NCBI GenBank assembly: GCA_964016885.1
Contig: OZ024747.1
Span: forward strand, 30,194,001-30,258,000
From: Eledone cirrhosa
Taxonomy: Eukaryota
Direction of reading: 5' to 3'
DNA: 64,000 nucleotides
Below are positions 52,601 to 64,000 of the stretch, in pieces (position 1 is the stretch's first letter; each line of letters begins with the position of its first letter). The translations under genes were made by a program, and so were the position numbers. The notes under the pieces are model-generated. The model saw only the letters and a list, made by a program, of their open reading frames with translations. It ran no database searches and was not told the DNA's origin.

Positions 52601-55528
52601 ATTGCAACGTCCAGTTACTGTAGGTTTACCAGAGTGAGCACTCGATGCATAGTTTCCCATAAGTGTAGAGGTGTAGTACTAAGCAGAGTGTAATAATGAT
52701 AATAATAAAGTTTCTACTTTTTGGTACAAGGTCAGCAATTACCCCAGTGCATTACTGGTACTTTTATTTTATCAACCCCGTAAGGATGAAAGGCAAAGTT
52801 AACCACGGCAGATTTGAACTCAGAACGTAAAGTGCCATAACTCTATGCGGCAAAGCATGGTGTCTGACGCTCTACCGATACTGTTAAACCACCGCTTGAA
52901 GTCTATAATAATAGTAAAAAGGACGATTTGTTATGTCTTCATAACGTTTATTGAGTAGTGATGCACGTTTCGCTATTGATCAGCTCAAGGTTCGATCTGT
53001 ATTGATCTAGCCTGACTCTGGAATCAAAAGCTTGTTGAACATCTGTTGTTGTAATATATATCATTATCATCATCATCATCATTATTTTACCTCTGCTTTT
53101 CCCTGCTTGCAAGGGTGGGATGGGAACTGATTCTGGCTTGATTTCTACAGCTGGATGCCCTTCCTAACACCAACCTCATTTGCAGTGAGTGCTGGGTGCT
53201 TTTTTGCCGTGGCACCTCCACGACCACTTTGCAGTGGAATGATATGGACCCCAGTCCCTATCATCTCATTTCTACAGCTGAGTAAACTGGAGCAATGTGA
53301 AATAAAGTGTTTTGCTCAAGGAAACAACACATCACCCGGTTTGAGAATTCAACCCACAACCTTTCGATTGCCATGTGCCTCCATATATATATATAATCCT
53401 CTTGTATAAAGCAAAGGTTTTTATCTGAAATGGCGAGACAAACTGTGACCACACACTTTATATATCAATTGTATATGTGAAACACAGAAAATCCAACATC
53501 ATTATATGAAATCTATGACTACTAAAGCTGGTAATCCATAAAGTTTCAGCTATGTCGGAAACAACAACAACAAAACAAAATATTCTTCTGATAACCAATT
53601 TCATAAGAATGATGAGAAATATGAAAATGCCAACCTTACCAGTTGCCAAAACATGTTCAGAAATGTATTCACTGCATGCAGATTTTCAACTCCAATCAAA
53701 TGGACGCGATTAGATTGTAGAAATAAGCAAAGAAAAAAAAAAGAAAAATATATAAAACATAAAAAATAATGGGTTGAAAAAAATCTCAAGTAACAAGGAA
53801 TATAGAATGGCATGAATTTTGGAATAGATCATGCAAGCAAAAACACAAACAAAATTAAAGTGTGAGTATATATATGATAAAACAACAACAATGTATTTTA
53901 TACTGCAATATTTCTTGACATTAAGCTAAAAAAAAGGTGAATTAGCTGATATCTTTAGGAGCATTCTACGTGAAATGGCAGACAAAGTTATGATAGTAAA
54001 AAAAAAAACCAAAAAAAAATAGGCAAGACCAAGAGCTATGAGATTTTTTAAAAGTTCTACCTTTTTGGTGGAACACTATGTATGAATAAATGTAAAATTA
54101 GTAATGTAAGCACAGCGAGGGAAATGGAAATATTTTGTAATACGTGAAAGGAATATTTTATATGTCAGGTGAAGCTTCTGCTTGCTACTAGTAACATAAC
54201 CCACTACAACCTGCTTTATGATCAAGCTGTCGGCAACTAAATTGGCTCCCCCCCACCAGACTCTGGGCTGGTAAGGAGAGTAAGTGGAACCCCAGTAGCA
54301 CAAAAAAAAACAGCTATTAAAGGGTGGATGAACTCCTGGTGGACCCCATCCCTCTCCAAGCATTAATACAACAAATTTCTTCCAGTGAAAAATAGAGAGT
54401 CGGAGAGAGGAAGTGAGAAAAAGATATAGAGGAAGAATCGACCCCCGTACTACACTGGTACATTCATCAACCTCAAAAAGATGAAAGTAAAGTTGATCTT
54501 GTTGGGATTTGAACTCAGAGAGAAGAGAGCTAGAACGAATACCACAAAGCACTCTATGCAATGTTCTAATGACTCTGCCAATTCATGGCCTTCCCATGAA
54601 AATGTGTATTTTTCATGATATTGTTTACGCATTCTTGCCACTATATCATTTTCATTATTATCATTAATAAGTACCAGTAATGCACTGGGTAATTGCTGGC
54701 CTTGTGCCAAAAGTAGAAACAATTATTATCATTAATAAGGTTGGTAGATTGACAATATTGGTAGAGCATCAGACAACATGCTTTTTAGCATAGAGTTATA
54801 GCTCTTTACATTCTGATTTCAAATCATGCTAAGGTTAGCTTTGCCTTTCATCCTTACAAACCCCATGTTTTACTAGTACTTTATTTTATAATAAAGTACT
54901 AGTAAAACATGGGCGTCAATTTAATCGACTTTTCCCTCCCCATAAAGATCTTGGCTTTAAAGATGTTCCTACATCAGGAACCATTACACTGGTCAACACA
55001 CGTTTTGCTGAATTATTAGCTAATTTTGAGGTGCTGATTTCAAATATGGCAAATTTTTGCGTACGAGAGTGCCTGGATTATTTCATTTCTACACAGTCTC
55101 TTTGAATACTCCAACAGTAGTCTGTCATCATGTGTGTGTTCCATCTACCTTGATATGTCTCTTCCATAACTTTGATGTCTTAATGGAAGCCCTTGCTATG
55201 CTCATTGCTCACATCTCCAAGATTAGCAGGGAATTCATCGAGATGGCTCTTTAGGAAATGTATCTTTATGTTCAAGCTGCAGCCTAAAAGATGAAAGCTA
55301 TCAAGTAACGTCTCCACCAAATCCTTGTAGCTTGCAGCCATTTTACAGCCCCAAAATCCTTTCACAACAGACACAACTGAATCCCATGCACTTTTTTTTA
55401 CATCAGTCATTGACCTTGAGAAGCTTTGGCATTTCATTAACTTTCTGATTTGTGTCCCGTCAAAAACACCAGCCTTTATTTCATCATATTAAGAGCTTTG
55501 AGAAACTACTTCATTAGTCTTAGTTTAA

Positions 55529-56545
55529 CCCTTTAGCATTTAAACTGGCCATAATTATATAAGATAAAACCTTTACCACAAAAATACAATAGTATATATC
55601 ATCATCATCATGGTTCCCTAACCCTTCTTGGGTTCGTAGGGGCACTGTTGAACATTGCATCAACTACTTCCAGCTCTGACAGTCATGTGCGAGTACTTGG
55701 GTTGTGGCAAAGTTCTTTCCTGACCACTCAGCTATGTTATCTGTCCACCACTTACTCTGTCTGCCTCCCTTTCTTTTCCCTGCTCTGTTCCTTGAAGAAT
55801 CATCTTTGCAAGTCTGATCTTGTTACATGACCATACCACCTCAGCTTCCTCCTCTTCACCATGGTCAGCAGATCTTCCAAGTTGCTCTCATGCTTGGTGA
55901 TTCTTTTGCGGACTTCCTTGTTCGGGATATTCTCTGTGTAGGAGATTCCCAGGATTCTCTTAAAGCATCTCATCTCCACTGCTTGGATCTTTCTTTGCAG
56001 TTCAGGAGTTAGGGTCCATGACTCGCATGTGTATAGAAAAATGGATATGACCAACGCATGCAATAGTTTTATTTTGTACTTGTGAGTGATGTTTTTATCT
56101 CTCCAGAGTGGTTTCAATTTAGCAAGTGCTGTGGCTGTTAGGGTACTCCTTGCAAGGACCTCTGGATTTCATCCCTCTTCACTGATGATGGCACCAAGGT
56201 ATTTGAACTGCATCACAGTCTCCAGGCAATTGACTGTGATTCTTTCTTTCTATTGGTTTTGAGGTGTTTGTCATCAGCTTGGTTTTTTTAGCACTGATCT
56301 CCATGCTGTATCTAGTAGAGGTTATATCCAAGCAGTACACCAACTCGGTGAGTTCTTCTTCACTTCCAGCTAAGTGATCGATGTCTTCAGCCAACCTGAA
56401 GTTTTTGACAATTCGTCCTCCTACACTGATTGAGCCAGGATTGCCTTCTACGGTGTCTATCATGATTCGTTCAAGGAAAATGTTGAACAGTGTCGGGGAG
56501 AGGAGACAGCCCTAGTATATATAGAGTAATGTAAATGCTAAAGGG
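55529..56545. mobile_element. piggyBac-type non-autonomous element
   Basis: 14-bp TIR CCCTTTAGCATTTA; TTAA duplication at 55525-28 and 56546-49. Confidence 0.85.
55600..56512 (-). mobile_element. 5'-truncated RTE (BovB-like) LINE
   Basis: LSPTLFN, YTCESWTL, RWYGHV; (ATG)n tail; TSD TAGTATATAT at 55590-99 and 56513-22. Confidence 0.88.
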
Positions 56546-57974
56546 TTAATATGAAGGGGTAGGAAGATGATTTTCTCTCACCCAGCAAGCTGTATGATAT
56601 TCATCTCCCCAACAGTCAAACTTTTTCTAACTGGCCAGTGCTTCTGTTCCCACTTTTTGTCTTTCACTCGGCTATCCCATAAACACAGGAAACACAGATA
56701 TTCTGTATCTGTAGAGAAGGGGGGGGGGGGGGGTATGTGGAGTCAGTTTCAAAAACAAGATAGTGTCTATATTGGTCTGAGTTGCCCACCCTGAAAAATA
56801 ACAATACACACACACACTCCTGTGTTGTTTCTTAAAAGAGGGAAAATAATTATTAGATATAATATATTTATATATCTAAGTTTATCTAGATAGAAAAAAA
56901 AAAGTCTAGATAAAATAAAATATCAACAAAAATTATTATCTATGATATTTCTTCCAGCTATGGGTGGGGCCATAGATGAAAAACTTGACATGATATAAAA
57001 AATGTATTGTCATTTTTAAACTGAGTGGCCCCAAATTATTCAAGAACAGGTCTCAAATTTAGGTCAGCAGAAAAAAAGCAAAATTTTGTGGACCAGTGTT
57101 ATCATTAAATTTGTATTATCAAATTGAGCTCAGTGTGTTTCTGGTAAAATAAAGTACCAGTAACACACTGGGGTCGATTTAATCAACTTTCCCTCCCCAC
57201 CAAAGTTGATGGTCATGTGACTAAATTAGAAACCATTTGCCTTTCATCCTTACGGGGTCGATAAAATAAAGTACCAGTAATGTACTGGGTAATTGCTGGC
57301 ATTGTGCCAATAGTAGAAACAATTATTATTAAATTTTTATTATTAAATGGAGCCCAGTCTGTTATTGTTAAAATAAAGTACCAGTAACACACTGGGTCAA
57401 TTCCCAAAGTTGTTGGTTTGAAGCCATTAATATTAAATTATTATTTTCATTGTCTGGCTAAGAAACAATTTCATTTCGATAAATAAATTTACTTTCAAAT
57501 ACTCAGTCTTTATAACATTAATAGAATACCTGGTGTTGGCAGATTGACTAGTCTGATATAATTTTAGCATTATATTTGAGAGGTCATTATTACATATTGG
57601 CGGTGGATTGGCAGTATCGGTAGAGAGTCGGACACCATGCTTTCCAGCATAGTTACGTCCCTTTATGATCTGAGTTCAAATCCCGCCGAGGTTGACATTG
57701 CCTTTCATCCTTACGGGGTCGATAAAATAAAGTACCAGTAATGCACTGGGTAATTGCTGGCCTTGTGCCTAAAGTAGAAACAATTATTACATACGAACTA
57801 TGTAGTTTTACCATTTCTATTTCAAATGTTTTGCCTCAGTTATTTTCATTTCTCATTTTAATAGTTTCAAACATTTTATTCTAAAATTCACATTTACTTC
57901 CATCTTTCTTATCTTATCTTCTTTAAGATTCAATTCTCAATTATTTTGCTTCCTAATTCTAAATGCTAATTACA

Positions 57975-58172
57975 ATGATGATGATGTTGGTGATGGTGAT
58001 GGTGGTGGTGATGATGTTGGTGATGGTGATGGTGGTGGTGATAGTGTTGGTGGTGGTGGTAGTGCTGATTGTGGTGATGGTGCTGATGGTGATAGTAGTG
58101 GGGATGATAATGGTAATAATGGTGATGGTTTTGATAGTGGTGATGGTAGTGATAGTGATGGTGATATTGATG
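57975..58172. repeat. Degenerate (GAT/GGT)n repeat
   Basis: Direct reading. Confidence 0.9.
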
Positions 58173-59199
58173 AAGACATACAAAGATGTGTTGACAACGG
58201 TGAGGCTGATGGAAGCAAAGGAGGGGGAGAAGGAAGAGAAGGACTAAAAGATTTAACAAATATTGGAGAAATTATGTTGGGTGTGAAATATATGAAGACA
58301 ATTTAATTTCTATAGTTTGGTGTTAAGTTTAAGTCATGAGTGGATAAAAAAGCTTCATTGTAAGTTAATACATTGTGTATTCAAATAAACTGAGGACAGA
58401 TCTTTTTATCTCTAAACATGGCATTTTGTTCAAGTTACTTTCCATTAGCTAGAAATTGTATCATATATTCCTAGAGGTGGAATTTGCAGTAAACTGAAAT
58501 TGTTCTTCTTGTCATTTAGCTCCTAGTGAGCAAGCAAATCTCAGATCAAAGTAATTTGTATTAGACTGAAGTTGTTCTTGTTGTTAAGCTCATTGTTGAT
58601 CCTAGAAATAAAGCAAATCTCTGACGATCAATGTCATTTGAAATAGACTGAAGTTTTGTGACTGAAATGTGGAACTATGTAAGTAATATATGAACCCCCG
58701 GATTGTTTGGGAGGTCAGTAGCCCTGCTTCACTACTAACTTGGTTTGTGAAGAACTGTCCATCCCTAGCTAGCAAGGAAAGTAGACATTAGATGATGATG
58801 ATGATGATATACATATATCATTCATCATAATCATCATTATTATCGTTTTAATGCTTGCTTTCCCTGCTAGCAAGAATATAGATAGGTCTCCATAGACCAA
58901 GTCAGTACTGAAGAGGGACTACTAACCTCCCAGAAAGGCTGCGTGGGAGTGAGGGTGGGGTGACTGCATCCCACTTTCTTATGGTCTTGCAATCTACTGA
59001 GTGCACAGGAAAGGTTCCTGAAGGATCCTCCCAACCCTTATTTGGCACGTTTTCTATGGGTGGATGCCCTTCCTATCACCAGCCACTTTATAGCATATAC
59101 TGGATGCATTTATCATGTAGACCACTAACACTGGAGAGACTGTCATACTGTAAGACAACTGAAGGGTTCTCACAGTATATAAATATATATATGTGCACA

Positions 59200-59460
59200 T
59201 CACACACATACCTGGATGTAATGCATGCCCAAACTAAACACACAAAACACAAAAACAAGATGGCGTAGGACAGAACAAAGGAGAGACACAAAATAAAAAC
59301 CTAGTCACCGAGGAGGTCACAGAATGTGTGACGAGAGAGCTTTGACAATATATAAACAACCCTCCGGTTATCAAACCAACGAACCAACCAACCAGAGATT
59401 TATAATAAATTGAAGTGAAAATGAACAGGTGCGTGTGTTTTTATTGGCAGCATGACAATA
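59200..59460 (+). mobile_element. Diverged pLTR fragment related to PLE family 3
   Basis: Similar to 26980-27280, with a degenerate HHR. Confidence 0.75.
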
Positions 59461-59462
59461 TT

Positions 59463-59504
<42 letters not shown>

Positions 59505-59509
59505 TATAT

Positions 59510-59580
<71 letters not shown>

Positions 59581-60071
59581 CAATAATAATGAGTTCAAAT
59601 TTCAGGCAGTCTTTTACAATGAAATAGCTCAAAGAAAGAGTATTTCTGAGCTGTGTAATACAGGTTAATATAAATTAATATATTTGATAAACACAAATAC
59701 CAACATATTCATGTTTGTATTGTAAATGACCAAGTTAGCTAGATTGAAATATACTAATAATAATATTACAGTTTGCCTATCTTGACTTAAGATAATAAAT
59801 CAACAAAAACAAATTGTATTGCCAATGGCCATGGTGCTTGGACAAATTTAAATTTCAAAATCAAACCTGTTCCGTAGACAGGTTTAAACCTTAAAATCAA
59901 ATATGTTTCGAATAATGAAAAAGTGGAAGAAATACCGCATTTTGATCTCCTCAGCAAGCACTATAAAAATTGGTATGTTCCACTTCAAAATATTTAGAAA
60001 GACTATTTAGCGCACGAGGTAATTTCACGCGGTTATCCAGTGTCTAGCTAGTCACACACTCGTGCTGCAAG

Positions 60072-60388
60072 GCCAGCAACCACCCAATGCAAAAAATAAA
60101 CTAATACGAAATAATAATTCAGAATCCCGAAACTGGTAACTGGTATTAATTCTGAATTAATTTTCCGTATCAAATTTTTCATATACTTCGTACGAGCACT
60201 TATGTAGTTTGCACTAGAATTTTTGTATCGTAGCGGCACCCTTAGAGATAGTATTAGTATTCTTTTTCGGGATTCTGAATTATTATTTCGTATTAGTTTA
60301 TTTTTTGCACTGGGTGGTTGCTGGCTTTGTGCCTGGGGTGGAGACAATTGTTTCGTATTAGTTTCGGGACTCTGAATTATTATTTCGT
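60072..60388. repeat. ~60-bp inverted repeat with a partial third copy
   Basis: ~60072-60132 vs ~60265-60326; partial copy at ~60352-60388. Confidence 0.75.
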
Positions 60389-61269
60389 GGTATTTTCTTT
60401 AGTATTTTGGGCCCCCACTTGTTGACCTGTCACCGTAAGATATACTCGGTTGATTACTACTAACTCTTAAAATGGTCTCATTACAATTCCGTCCAACCTA
60501 GTAAACTTTTCTATAGTTTAGCTGTACCAGTGAGAGACTTGATGACTGTCGTTAGGGAATAGTAACCAGAAATTGTTTTTTTTATATTTTTAACATTCTT
60601 GGTATTCTTCTATATATTTACTCCATATTGTTTTACTTATTGTTTCGACTTCCCCCCCCTCCCCCTCCCTACTATACTTGCTTGACCTCCTGCCCTGCTG
60701 TAGTTGGCACTATCAACGCACGACTGGGTTTCCTCCACACCCTCTCCTCCTTTCTTCTATTGTCAGGTTCAGCTACCCCTTCCTTCCACAAATTGCCATG
60801 ATAGAATTATGTGTCTCAACAACAAACTTTTGACCAATCCTTGTGACAATCACTTTTACCATATATGAGAAGCTCGGCTATTCATATACCAGGATAAACA
60901 TTTTCATTTAGTCCAGAATTAGCCGTCGAAACGGCTTGAGCTCAGCCGTCGAGGTCCTACTCGTTCCTATTACTCACTCTACTACCCTAAGTATTGAGTA
61001 CTTTGGTCCACCTGGTTCCTTACCACATTTCCTTCGTTATATATATATATATAAATATACATATATATATACATGTACATAAACATACACATACATACAC
61101 ATATACACACACACAAATATATATATATACACACACACATACACATAGACGTACATATACATACATATACATATACACACAGACACATACATACACACAT
61201 ATATATATATACATACATACATATACACACATACACACATACGCATATATATATATATATATATATATA

Positions 61270-62955
61270 TAAGGGAAAAATTTGAACAGGGACAAAACAG
61301 AGAGGCAGTACAATAAATGTTTATTAATTTCACGCTCAGGAGAGTGGGGGACGACGTTTCGGGCATAAGCCCTTCCTCAGGTGAGAAGTGTGTGGGAACA
61401 GAGTTCAAAAGGTGTGTAGGGGAGTGGTGGAGAGACATATAGCGAAAGGAAACGGTGCGAATGAAAAAAAACAAATAAAGATAAAAAATATAGATAAAAA
61501 ATAAAAATAAAGCATGATCAAAATACAAGGAATGAGAAAATTTAAAAATAAAGGCATGATCAAAATAAACTGAAATTAAAAGGGGTGTAAACAGGTGGTG
61601 GAAGGGTGTGGGGTGAGTAGGGGTGGTGGCGGGTGGAGTGGGGAGAGGGAGACGGGGGTCTCCGAGCGGGGAGGGCTGAAAGTGGTGTGTGTGTGTAGGT
61701 GTGCGTGTGTGTGTGTGTGTGTATGTGAAAGTAAGGGTTGGGGGGAAAATGGGGTTGCATGTTCAGGAAGGGGTGTGTGTGGGGGGTGTTTTTGTGGGTC
61801 GGAGTGTCTGTGCGTGTGTGGATAGGGGGTGGGGGGGAGAGGAATCAGGAGGCTGAGGGTGTAAATATGTGGTGGGAAGCACGTGTGTGTGGGGTTTAAG
61901 CGTGTTGTGGGTGTGGGTGGCGTGTGGAGTAAAACATTTTTTTGGGTGTGTGTGTGCGGGTGAGTTATATAGGTGATTACGCAAGAGGATGGTTGAAAAG
62001 TTGGTAAGTTCCAAGGATGTTCAGTATATTGTTTGTAAGTCAAATTCTGCGTGTGGGTAATCCATGAAGTGGTGGTGGTGGTCGGAAGAGGAGAGATGTG
62101 GGGTGCGCGCGCAACAGGAAGTGGTCAGCAGTGGGAGTGCTGTGGTCTGTTGGTGCTGGGAGGTGGCCAGAGGGCACAGCAGCAGTCAGTGGAATGGTAG
62201 GGGGCGAGGATGGGTAGGTGTGAAAGTTGGAGTGAGGAGGGTGTGTGTGTGTGTGTATTAGTAGGGGTGTTAGTGGGATGAGTGAGTGTGGAGCGAGGGT
62301 GTGGGTGGAGTGGGGAGAGAAGGGTGTGTGTGGTTCTATGGAGGGAGTGTGGTGTACTGGTGTGTGTGTAGTTTGATGAAGAGGTGTTCGTGGGTGTTAG
62401 TATACGGGAGGTGGGGAGGGGTTGAAAGCAGGTGTGAGTGGGGGTTAGTGGTGGTAGGGTGTGTAGAGTTGGTGGTGTACGAGGGTATGTGGGTACGTGT
62501 GCGTGGGGTTGGGGGGTGTTAGTGATGTTAGTTGCGTGTGGGGTGGGTGGTGTAAGTGGGTGCGTGTGTTCGTGTGCTTGGGGTTAGGGGGTGTTAGTGA
62601 GGTTAGTTGCGGGGTGGTGGGATGGAGGTGTGGGGGTGAGGGTTAGTGGTGGTAGTAGGGTGTGTGTTTAGTGTGAGCGCGTGTACATATGTGCCGGTGG
62701 GTGTGTGCGTGTGATAAGGAGGGGGAGGAGGAGAAGAGGGGAGGGAAGGGATGTTAGTATGTTAGTTGGGGAAGGGTGGTCAGATGAGGGGTGGAGTGAA
62801 GGTGTTAGTATTGTTAGTGTGGGGTGGGCGGTGAAAAGGAGGGGTGTGTTAGTGGTGTTAGTGGGGGATAAGTGTGGGGGGAGGGGGCGGTCGAATGCTA
62901 AAGGAATAAGGGCGGGGAGTTCAGGCCGGGGGGAGTGTGGGTCTGTAAGATGAAG

Positions 62956-63025
<70 letters not shown>

Positions 63026-64000
63026 ACATAAAAATACACAAAGAGGAACATTTAAGGAAACGATCAAGATATGAAAACCCCACAAATAACATGAATTAAA
63101 ATTAAGTAACATAAAATACAAGTAGAGAAAAGTAAAGTATAAGTTATAAGTTTGAAAGGTAACAAAACGAAGGTACGGTTGGGATGGGAGGGGGCGCGGG
63201 GGAGTGTGTTTAAAGTTTAATGTCGATTCCGTTGTCTTATGGGATCATCGTTCAGGGGGAAGAACTGGTCTCTATGACTTGTAAGTTGCATAGTTTTTGT
63301 GCATGCAATTCGGGCAGTGTTCTGAGAGTCTATTGAGTAAGGGTCCAAAGGAATAGTATTTCGTAACCCTCGGAAATACAAAGGTCACAACAATTATGGC
63401 CTCCTGTGTAAGACCGCGCTCTCTGGAGTAGTTTCCATTTAAGCGTAAAGGGGATGGAGTTCCTTTTTAGGTCCCAGACATGGGCGGCGTGTGTTGTTTG
63501 GTTGAACTTATCCGGGCGTCGAAAAGAATGGGTGTGTGCGTACCAACGGGTCTTAAAGTTGTTGGAGGTCATCCCGATATACGTCTTTCTCTCTTCATCA
63601 GGGAGATGACATCACATTTGTATACAATATCCTTTGTAAGGCATTTATTGCCGAAGGGGCATGCAGCCTTATCGTGGCAGTTGCACAGGACCTCAGTGCC
63701 GAGATGGGTTTCGGAGGTAGTAGACTTATTTAACTTAGTAATATTAATATTGGCTAACTTCCTAGCTAGATTTGGTGTAGTGGAGTAAGAGAGTCTGATT
63801 GTATTCTTATTAAAGATGGTGTAGTACCTATGTTGGGTGGGGAAGTGTTTGTGCAATAGAGTAAAGAAATTTTTTGCTATAGGTGTAGATTCCTCGCGGT
63901 TGAAGGGGGGGGGGGGGTTACCAGCTAATTTGCCTCTTCCTATTCCTCCTGGGTGGGCGTGGGGCTATTCTGAGATAAGAGATCTTATCTTTAAAACCGC
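61270..64000 (-). mobile_element. 3' part of Hydra-clade-like PLE family 6 with long CA-rich 3' UTR
   Basis: RRGKLAG/PPF, IFNKNTIRLSYS, CNCH..CPF..CL, CDLC, CMH at ~63275-63950; HHR-like core at ~61330-61390. Confidence 0.8.

Larger units (their letters stand above)
54988..56706 (-). mobile_element. Decayed DNA transposon, Chapaev3/CMC-like transposase, split by a nested insertion
   Basis: CFLCLWDSR (~56680), KIIF..LHI|KL.LMK, GVFDGTQIRKLM, KIHFLKSHLD.FP.NLG.VS.EH; CACTG terminus at 54988. Confidence 0.7.

Noticed and set aside
53640-53715. Possible host exon SNRVHLIGVENLHAVNTFLNMFWQL (-)
   Set aside because: Good donor, but the acceptor reads CAA rather than CAG; protein not recognised
56582-56706. 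Apparent exon (poly-C acceptor, GTGAGA donor) on the minus strand
   Set aside because: Transposase homology continues through the apparent donor, so it is not evidence of a host exon

Overview
AT-rich, microsatellite-laden animal DNA with no confidently identifiable host gene. The SINE content resembles cephalopod/Octopus-type repeats (inference). Almost the whole window is transposable elements, many inserted into (TA)n runs: at least six Penelope-like retroelement (PLE; RT + C-terminal GIY-YIG) families with inverted 5' arms, a near-intact RTE-like LINE, a decayed Gypsy/Ty3 LTR element, an autonomous and a non-autonomous Helitron, a nested Chapaev3-like/piggyBac-MITE/RTE stack, and SINEs. 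The main signal the ORF track does not show is RNA-level. By eye I find about 30 type-I hammerhead ribozyme (HHR) motifs belonging to about 12 sequence families. Some lie in PLE pseudo-LTRs (known biology). Others lie in ORF-less tandem units (~425, ~628, ~320 nt) and ~270-290 bp fold-back palindromes that share the PLE-style (TA)n targeting and, in several cases, inversion architecture. This suggests a community of non-autonomous, retrozyme-like RNAs mobilised by PLEs, including U3:A8 and U4C core variants. All structures were read by eye and none was computed.
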